DNA of 64,000 nt. It comes from Ptychomitrium polyphyllum. Taxonomy: Eukaryota. Both the position numbers and the translations under genes were made by a program. The notes below the pieces were generated by a model. It was not told the DNA's origin. It saw nothing but the letters and a program-made list of their open reading frames with translations, and searched no databases. Of this stretch, positions 54,026 to 64,000 are shown piece after piece. How positions within the stretch are numbered: position 1 is the stretch's first letter; each line of letters starts with the position of its first letter. Location of the stretch: contig OZ316776.1 of the NCBI GenBank assembly GCA_973851085.1, forward strand, positions 4,216,001 through 4,280,000. The letters run 5' to 3'.

Positions 54026-57000
54026 TTTTGATCTCTTTGATGCTTAAAGGCCAGATTACAAACATGGATAATACACAACAATAATGCTCCAATGAGCATA
54101 ACAAGGGTAGAGACAAGAAAGGACGGGTCCCGATTCAATTGTACGAAGTGCCAATTATCTCCTACCTAGCAGAATGTTGTTCACAGTTTTGACTAGTGCC
54201 AATTACCTTCAATCTATGGGAGCCGACGAAACTACATTTTCCTTGCGAGGTTAGGTGAATTGCTGTGTGAACTACATGGTCATCTATTATCTTGGTGATT
54301 TTCGTGTATCTCTTTCAAAGGGGTGAGGACAATGGACGTTATGGATGGTGTAGGTTAATTATGAATGTAATAGTCATAATTAGAATGTGATGGAGAAGTA
54401 TGATGAAGAAGAATATGATGACCAGATTTAGGTCTATGTACTATGGACATTAGCACAAAACTGATACCGGCTTGCATGACACGTTCAGAGGAGGCGAAGA
54501 GCCCCATAAAGCAGGCTGTCTGGACTCTGCACGCAGTATACAAAGTTTCCTGTTCCAATTTCAAAATGCTAACAATTGTTGGAAGATTTCTGGAAGTGGA
54601 TGCAGTCATCTTCAACTCACCAATCATCACGTTTTAGAATGTCTAGTTCTTCTCTGATAACATCATTAGAAGTGAAATGAAATGTATGTAAACTGAAATT
54701 GTTGTCCAGTTACTGAAGACGTCCGTAAAAGTCCTGGAGTAGAATCTAAGACCTGTCTAAGTTTGCTGAATGTGCAATTTTGGATAGTAAATGGTGTACG
54801 TTCCCATTTCATGTGGTTGGATTTGTGAAAAAATCATTTGCTCTTCGTGACGAGTGATGCACACTAAAGTTCCTGCTGCATTTGGAGCAATATATGGCCT
54901 CCAAAGTTGTCAACTATGTCGAGTGGGTGTAGCTATCAGAACACAACAACTTGCAGATTCTTCATTCGATCATCGTCTAATGACTCGCCATAGAAACGGT
55001 CTCAAAATTCAAGACATGGGGATCTGTGTGAAACACTGGTATAGAATAATCATATTAAAGGTTTGATCTCTCAAGAAAGCTGTTTTCTTCAAACTATTTA
55101 GGCCATCTACTCGAAGATCTAAACAGTTTTCACGTCGGAGCGGTGGGTTCGTAATCAAGCACAAGTTGACAGGTGTCAACTTTTTCTTGCAAAGACTATT
55201 ATTTTCTGATGAACGCGTTATGTAACTACAGTAGTGTTCCAAGCAGTGTCCATTGTGGTGCAGGGTCATCCAGCTTTAAAAGTTATGTACATCAACATAA
55301 CCCAATTATTTTGGGATGCCTTTCAATGGAAGGTATATGTGTACCCAATGCACTTTGCAAAAAATAATGTCTATACTGAGCACTTTTGTTCAGGCATTGA
55401 GAATTTGTATAGCCTATGCTTGTTTATGATTGTTGAGCTAAGGCAAATGGAGGTGGGTCACAGGAAAGTGGAGCTGAGATGCAATGGTAATAATATTCTG
55501 AGCTTTGAGCTTATAGGTTGCACAGCCTATATGCCAACAAATATTTCTTTAACACCTCTTCGAAAACACTTCTTATTTGCTGAAATAGTTTCTGCAATAA
55601 CATTCCAACAATTATAAGAGTAAGTTAAAAATATTCAACAAAAAACTCAAAAGATATGTTCAACATTGTATTCATAAAAATGTCACATTTGTACGTGATA
55701 TTTTTTTTCTTTGTTTTAATGAATGAATTACCAATATATTTTTAGACCTTTTTAAAGAGAATACTTTTCAAGTTGGCCTTATTGGTATTTGTATAAATAT
55801 CATTCATGATATTTTCATATGTCATGTGACATGTTCACAAATATTTTGTTGGTTGTATTAATGATATGCTAATTATCCCTATAGTTTGACTCCAAAAGAT
55901 GCTTAAAAAAATGCATTTATCATATGGCTAAAAATGATATCTTGTAATTGAAAGGCGTGTCTTCACTACCCTTTGATGTTTCACAATGTAAAATCGTTAG
56001 GTTCTTTTTTTATAATTATTCAAATATTAGCATAACAAACTTCAAAGAGTTCTTTTAAAGAAAACTTCAAAGGTTTTTAAATGATGTAAGAACAATATTA
56101 CGATAATATTAGGATGATGTTAAATTGATAGCTAATTATTGAAGGCTACATACTTTGATGTGGTTAAAGATAACTTGTATTTCTTTTCATTTTCTTTTCC
56201 TTTGAGGACAATTAATTAGGTCATATGTTGTAGCATAAAAGCAATACTCAAGGATGCTATTTTTTACTATTGTCATGGCATTGGAGATAGTATTTGAGCT
56301 ACTTGTAACAATTTTAAGTGGCCCTCTGACAAAGAGATAATTTATCCATTTAGAAGGAAAATTCCATTATTCAAAACCTTGTTCCATCAAGGAAATCATG
56401 AACCAAGCTACCAAACCTTCATCTTTATCTTCATGCATTTTTTTTTGATGGATATAATGGAATGATGAGCTACAATTTGAAGGAGGATACTTCATGGGTA
56501 AGTTAATGTAGATGGCACACAAATGAGAAGAGCCAGCCACCACCTTGTAAGGAATTGGGTTCACAGTATGCAAGCTGTGCCCTTCTTGAAGTATTCATCC
56601 TTACATTCCATTTCTGACTTGTTAAACACTATATGATATTACTTCAAACAACCCAACATGAGTTCAAATTTATCACCTAATTTGAAGCTCAAGTTCTTAG
56701 GTTTTATCAAGTAAACCATTTTCAGGTATTTACAAAGTCCAAGTTGGGGATTTCTTTACATTTTGCACATGATATGAGTTGCAAAGATGTACCCCATAAA
56801 GTACAAGGGAATCAAATTTTGGCTTTTATAAAATCCATCATATCTTATTTAAGATCAATTCATCCTCAATTTTTTTTCATTGTGAATGATTTTGATATTC
56901 ATGCTATTTCAAGTTTTATTAAGGTCATTTACAAAAAATTTAAGATTTTTCATGAAATTGTAGTTCCAAAAACAGTAAAAATTTATGATGCAACATATCT

Positions 57001-57757
57001 GGAATTCACTATTTTACGTGTTTTCTATAATTTATTTTAGGCATGTATGTATTTCCATTGCATTTGTACCATAATTAATTAAATCAAACAAGCTAATTTT
57101 TTTGTAAAGTATCTAAAATCAAGTGTTTTAAGTTCATTATCTATTACCTTGGAAATGTGAAGAATGTTAGTCTTTATAAAATGAGGATATCAATGATATT
57201 TATACATTATACTATTTGTATTGTGCTTTATATTTATGGTTGAAAATTTAGGATTTTTTGATATATTTTGAAATTGTCATTTTCAATCACTTTGAAGGAA
57301 GAAACATTATAAGACATCAAAGTTTTAATCAAGATTTGTAAAAATTGAGCACATATCTTCAATTATTATAATATAAATAACCAATTTCTTACTTTACTTA
57401 CAACGGTGATATTGAACATTGAAGCTTGAGTTTGAAAACATAAGATTAACCTCTTTAGGATTAAAAATCAGATTATGAATTTTTGGAAAGAAGAAAAATA
57501 TTCATCCATTATTTATTAACTATATTGTGTATTACCAAACACTTTAAACATATGCTTATCTTATATATTCACAAAGCATTATACACAATTATATTCGAAT
57601 TTATATTGAAGAAAGAATATTAAATATTTTTCATATTTGCGACATATGAAGAGGTTTCAATAAAGAAATTTCATGGAAGAAAAAACAATTGTTGCTTCAT
57701 TATTCACCAAGTTATATCCACAATAGTATTTGAATTTTTATAAACAGATAAAAAATC

Positions 57758-60700
57758 ATGGATGGTGCTTTTGTTATGACTAAAGAATCTCTTAAGAAAT
57801 TGTGCAGAGACTTGAAATTGTAAAATTTTATTGCTTCTTATAATTTATTAAGACTATAACTTTTTATTTATTTATGTAAATTATAAAGATGTTATATAAG
57901 ATATCAAAAAGTTATAAGAATTTTTTTCTTTTCAACAAATTAAACTTATATAACAATTGATATATAATATCAAAAATTTATAAATACTTTTAATTCAACT
58001 TAATTTCACAAATTTTTACAGATGACTTTAATTAAAAATAACTGATACATATATAATACCATACCTTAATGGTTTAACATATTTTAAGTTAAATTTCTTT
58101 AATTTGGTTTTACTTGGAAATTCATTAAAGTATATGTATTTTTAATCAAATTACAAACTTTTAAAAGAAAATCTATATATAGTTTAGATGTAATTTTCTT
58201 TTAAAGTACATTAATTGGAATATAAAACATATAAAAGCTTTGTCTTTTCTTTGCATATTTTTTTTTAATAGTGTTATTTATAATTGATAGGTATTCAAAT
58301 TGTCCACAACTCAATGACGTAATTCATTTGCATCAAAAGGTTACAATATCCTCTATACTAATAAAAAATATCTTTATTGTAATTCAATAAACATGTAATT
58401 AGGTTGTTGTTAAAAGAAGTTTATTAAAAACATAATATCAAATTAATGTTCAACTTTGAAGGGATTATATAAAAAAATTTAAAGATAATTGACAGGGAAT
58501 CACAAAGATTCAAGCTTTAGAAGAATATATTGGATTGCGTACAGTTTATCTTGAATGCAATGGTAGACATGAATTATACCAATGGTTTTTATATTAAAGA
58601 AATTATTTCAATTTATATAAGGGATACATGAATTATTGTTTTTACGTTTACAAAGCTATTAAGTTAAATAATAATTATTTACATCATGGATTTCAAATGG
58701 ATTTTGAATTATGCAGCCATATCAAAGTTGGATGGTTTAGCACCTTTGATCAATCTTCGTTGTCTTTACTTAAATCAGGTAAATATGTTTTAAACCACAA
58801 TTTTTCTGAAATGTAATTTTTTAAATAAGATATTTTTATACTTTTGATAAATGTAATAACTATAATAATTTTAATTTTTAATTTTTTTAAAATTTTAAAA
58901 TCATGACGTAATTTTTTAATTAGTCTTTGGGTTTTATTAATGAATTGAGATATTAATAGAAAAAAAGATCACAGAATTGTGTAGAACATATCATTGGTTT
59001 GGAACCTCTTCAACAATTAGAAATTATTGATTTGGCAGACAATCAAGTATGCAATACACACCATTATGAAATTCAATTTTAATTATAAAATATTTGACTT
59101 TACAATATATGAATTGTTATTCATTAGAGAGATTAAAAACTCAAGAATTCTACTAGATCTAAAGTTTTTTAAAGAAATAAAATTTTAAAAGAATCCTTTA
59201 ATTTAATAGACTTATTGCTTCAACTTTTGGGCACCGTTATCATTGCACTACTACATTAATGCCCAAAAAATGAAGTAATAACTTCATTGAGATGAAAGTA
59301 TCTTTTTTTGAATTTAGTAATATGTATTTTTGTTAAAAATCAAGTTTATAAAATCATGCTAAACTTAAATTTTCAAGAACTGATAATCTAAAATCATTCC
59401 ATAAATGTATGGCTTCTTATAGATAAAAAAAGTGATGGGCCTTAGTTGCTTGCCATATTTACGACAACTTAATCTATCAGGAAATTGTATACGCTATGCT
59501 GACGATGTTCTTCATTTAAAAGTAATTCATTCTTAAACAATTTATCAATTGTTGTAAATGCTTATGTTTTCTAATAGAATATGTATTAAAGATGGAAACA
59601 ACTTTTCAATGACACGTTAACAAGTTTATAATTTTAAGTTTTAAAACTTAAATTTTAAAATAAAATGAAGTTTAGGACTTTTAAGTTTTAATTTTAAGTT
59701 TTTAGAATTTTAATAAAGAAAATAAAAAATATTATTAAATATAGATTTTACTAAGGAATCTAGCTTATTAAATATATGTAGAAACATCCTCCTTCCAATG
59801 GATTTATGAACCAAATGGTAAAGATGTTTGGAAGTTGAAGTCATAATTCTATTAAAATAAAAGTGTCTTTTTATAAATTTAACAATTAAGATTATACTAA
59901 ATTCTTCACTTAGTAAAAATTCATCAATTATGCTATTAATAAATAGCATACAAATTTTAACTAATTTTTTTATTTATATACATTCAATTTATTATTATAA
60001 AAAAATTATTTATTTAGTAAACATATGTGAATAATCAATACTCTCCTAAATATCATAGGAATGCAAGGCTTTGAAATCACTTGATATAGCAAAAAATAGA
60101 ATTGACGATGAAAAAGCATTATTGGTGAGTTATTTTTTACCTTCAACTTTATATTTCAAATTGTAACTTTTGTACATTAGTATGGTTTATATTTATATGG
60201 CTATTGATACATCAAATTACACATGTATTGATATAATGATAAATTTTTATATAACAAGTAATTATCTTTTCTATAATATAATATTTTAACGATTTGTACC
60301 TTAATTAAATTTTTATATAATTTTAATAATTGTAGGTTTTAAGATCAATTCCATTAAGCTTATTACGAATGACAGGCAACCAAATTCTCAATACTACACA
60401 CTATTATCGAAAACAAACAATTGCATCTATGCCCACGGTAGCATTCCACGGCTAATTTGCATGTATAAATCTTTCGCAAACTTTGTCAACATTAGTGTTT
60501 TAATATCTGTCAGTTTTATAATAAATTTTGTTAACAATTGCATAGATCCGATTGAATTATTGATAAATGGAAGTAATATTGATTAATATATAAGTTTTTT
60601 TTATTGTGGCACAACTTGAAACAGTTGCATTATTTGGATGAAAGTCCAGTATTTGAAAAAGAAAGACGACTTACCATGGCTTGGATTGAAGGAGGTTTTG

Positions 60701-62267
60701 ATGTAAGATATAAATAATTAAATTTTATTTGAAGAATATACTTGATTAAGATTCTATTTACCAAAAATATTTAAATTATTTTTAATTTTTTAATTTTCTT
60801 GAATACATTGCTTCATATTTTTATCAAACCTATGATTGAATTCCATTCTTTTAGTACTATTTAGTTACTAAATAATTTAGAAGAATAGGGTGAAAAACAT
60901 ATGAGGACTATTATAGCTAATGATGAAGCAGCAATTCAACTCCGCCACCGTAAAGGTGAGAATTTAATATTTAAAACTATTAGAAAGATTTAAACCCATT
61001 TTAGATTCACTTCTTATAATTTAAACAATATCTGAATATTTTATTTAATATGAAAGATTAATGTGTCAAAACATTTCATTCACCTCCAAACGACTGATAA
61101 CAGTTCTGATGATTTAACAATAATTAACCTATCTTGTAAAAACCATACATTGCAGCATTTGAAGATATTCAAGTTAAAGCAAAGAAAGATCATGCTGAGA
61201 AACTATTAAGACAAAAGCAACAAGAACAACGAAGGATTGAAGAAGCTCAAATGGAGGCAGAGAAAACCGAAAGAGAAATTCTAAAACAAGCACTACTTGA
61301 AGCAGACAACAAAGCAGTACAGAGACATTTGGAAACTGAAACAAAAGACAATGACGATGTCAAATCGAACGAAATGTGCAGCAACAATGAAATCAATTCA
61401 AGCTCCCCAAACGTTGCAGATAACATAAATTCTGGGGATCAAGCACCAAGATTACAACATGATGGAAAGAAACGTGGAGCTGAAGCTCTTAGCAACAATG
61501 GTGACAACAATGGATTTCCTCAAAAATCACATAAGCGTGACAATGATGAAATTGCAGTTGATCCAATAGTATGCGATGCAACAAATGACATGATGGAATT
61601 GGATGATGGCCAACAAGAATTGTTCAAAGCAACATACAAAGAAAATTTACAACTATATAATGTGAAAAACGTAGCAATACATAGATTTCTTGAAGCAATG
61701 AGTAAACAACAACAAAGGAGTATCAAGAATGAAGGTGATAGGCATTCTGGAGAATTAAATGAAATTAGTAACCAAGAGCAGATTGTGCGAGATTTTCCAT
61801 CAACCAGCTCAGAAACACCAACCGAATTGTCAGCTGCCAGTGAAACAACATCCAGAAACATTGGTATGGAACAAATAGAAGACATTGGAGAAAGCATTGT
61901 TACAAATACATTAATTACCATTCATGGTCATTGCCAATGTGATCAACAAGGACTTTCTTCTCTATTACCTGCTGATGATGGAGTGAAAGGATGGGACTTT
62001 AGAAGTGGTTTGCAAGAGCGACTTTTGCTTAAGGAAGTTACTAGAGCTGAGATACGTGATGCAGAAATTGCTAGTGAGGTTAATGGGATCAACAATGAAT
62101 TGAATGAACACTCACTCAGACCTGTGATATGGGGGACATGCAAATACAGAGATTTGTGGGCAAAAGCTGTGACAATTGATGAAGATACACTTATGGATAA
62201 TGCTTCTCTGGTTCCTACAGATGAGATGATGGATGATGGATTAAATAACGTTGATAACTTGATGTGA
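57758..62267 (+). CDS. DNAAF1: Dynein axonemal assembly factor 1 (DNAAF1/LRRC50/ODA7) homolog, LRR protein, about 611 aa
   Basis: Spliced N-terminus MDGAFVMTKESLKKLCRDLKLYSNCPQLNDVIHLHQKGITKIQALEEYIGLRTVYLECNAISKLDGL, further LRRs (LRCLYLNQN, LEIIDLADN, LRQLNLSGN, LKSLDIAKN) and LRR cap YRKQTIASMPTLHYLDESPVFEKERRLTMAWIEGG. Exons: 57758-57819, 58291-58339, 58496-58562, 58717-58778, 58975-59046, 59423-59521, 60059-60124, 60336-60437, 60625-60702, 60889-60955, 61156-62267. All GT-AG and in phase. Confidence 0.92.
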
Positions 62268-62823
62268 TGTTGGTAGAAATAGAAAACATTTTCCATGAGG
62301 GTAAGTTCATTTCTTCTTGATTATAGTTACATTGTACATAACTATTGAAAATTAAAATGGAAGCTTCAAAGAAGTCATTTTAACGATTGGTATAGTTAAC
62401 GTATTATGTAAAGTTAAAACAATAACCACAAAAATAGTTATGCTACTTCTTGACTTGTATAAGTGAGTTCACAAATAATTATGATTCTATTATGAGTTAT
62501 ATTAGGGTTCTTATTGTGTTGAGTTCTATACGGACATAGTTCAGAAAGTACCTTGAAATACAAAGATATTCAATATCATCATATTTGATATTTTTTTAAT
62601 ATTAAATTGTAATTATTTTCTCCAATAGAAGCTTACGTGATATTTTGTATTATGATTATGTTTTAGAGTAATTGAGATATAAGGGCACTTTGTAATCAAA
62701 GAAAAATCCCAATCATTTGAAGTATTTACATCCTGTGGCCACCACTTCTATTTTCTATTTGGTAACCACAAACATTTATAAAGTATTTTATATTAGGTAC
62801 ACTTATGGATAATGCTTAATGAT

Positions 62824-62875
62824 GAAGACTCCTTGAGGAAGACTCAAGGAAGACTCAAGGAAGACTCCTTGAGGC
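62824..62875. repeat. Short gaagactc(cttgag/aag) repeat x4 downstream of DNAAF1
   Basis: gaagactccttgag-gaagactcaag-gaagactcaag-gaagactccttgagg, read directly. Confidence 0.85.
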
Positions 62876-64000
62876 TGCCATTTTGCTTCCAAGCTTTCAC
62901 GCTTGAGGGCTGTTATACAGCGTCTTTTATTAGACTAGTCATCTATCTATGAAGTTTGTTGTGACCCTACAGTATTCAGTGTAGGATCTGTGGAAATTAT
63001 AGTTCGTGCAAATGTATGATTTCCACAAAATTAGTGTAGGTTTAGTAATACCATGATATACCAAATCGTTAAAGTTCCAAATCCAACCACACGGAGTCCT
63101 GGAAAGTTTACCATATGGACATTTTGATCGATGTCTATGTGATATTGAAGTGATATCCGCGTGTTTACGGTGTTAATAAGGCGCTCATTTCATCTTGTAC
63201 AATGGATAAGACGACTACTACTGGACGTTGCAAACATGCCCAGGCTCCTTGTAACAGTATAAGATATTGTAGTTGAGGTCGTCAGATTCATCGCATAATG
63301 GGGGAGTCCCCCACTCCAGATCATGTAACGAGTGCTAGATTACTTGAACTTATCTGAGAGAAGTCGACATGCTAGAAGCGGAATGATGATGGAATGTTGG
63401 ATGAGTGTAGATGGTGAGCGGACCGGGGAATCGAATTGGTTACAGTGGTCCGACCTTTACACAAGTCAAAAGTAGCTTCACGTTGGTCCTTAGAGTGTTC
63501 TGTGGAAAATTGGTGGCAGGAAGCTTCTACTTGTCCTGACGATGTAGCGTGACCTCTACATTCTGGCTCTCTCTAATCTCAGAAAAACTATTAAGCAACA
63601 ACAATCGGCAAACAGTTGAAGTCCTGGAGAGGAGTGAAGTCCTCGGAAAAGGCAACAACTGTTGTCTTCGAAGTGCGCATTCCTTAGTTCGATGGTGGTT
63701 CATCACAGGCGCGGCGAACCGGGCCAGCTTAGCGAGGTTCCTTCTTCTAGATTGTTTTCAGTCTAGATTTCGCAAATATATTAGTAGTGGCGGCTTTATC
63801 AGCGGCCTGGGGCACCGGCTTCGTCTGACACATGCCATGACAGGAAGGCAGTTTAGGTGCATGCACTGACCTTCAGTTAGATCAACTTTTCTCGCATCGT
63901 GGGACTTTGTGAACTCCTAATAGGAAGGCAACGGTTGTTGGCGATGGTCTGGCAGTAGGTGCACCATGGCCAGCGTATTGGCATGAGTGTGGTCGCAGCG

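Noticed and set aside
58051..58071. YIIPYLN-like stretch as DNAAF1 exon 2
   Set aside because: It has no AG acceptor in phase. Exon 58291-58339 fits with canonical splice sites.
59633..59652. Perfect 20-bp palindrome in a DNAAF1 intron
   Set aside because: Low-complexity AT context, with no target-site duplication or MITE structure seen.
63549..64000. 106-aa ORF and GC-richer sequence at the right edge
   Set aside because: No identifiable product; it may belong to a gene outside the window.

Overview
This is eukaryotic nuclear DNA from a land plant that still has flagellated sperm, most likely a moss or other bryophyte (inferred from the plant-type ferritin together with a dynein-arm assembly gene). 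It is not prokaryotic, so most entries in the ORF track are exon fragments or antisense shadows. Manual splicing, left to right, gives: RAD50 (-, truncated at the left edge), plastid ferritin (+, 8 exons), a frameshifted BTB/POZ-like gene (-), DNA ligase IV (-, 28 exons), GINS subunit SLD5 (-), TAF11 (+), a weak hypothetical gene (-), an IDM1-like PHD/GNAT protein (+), an RNase III-dsRBD protein with a degenerate catalytic signature (+), and an 11-exon DNAAF1/ODA7 gene (+) inside a very AT-rich block that the ORF track almost entirely misses. The main observations are two U12-type introns plus a 7-nt micro-exon in LIG4, the hidden DNAAF1 gene, and the RNase III protein lacking one catalytic glutamate. 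I found no tRNA, rRNA, CRISPR array or intact transposon, and no demonstrably new multi-gene system. All exon coordinates were read by eye and family calls rest on recalled motifs; both need RNA-seq and database confirmation.
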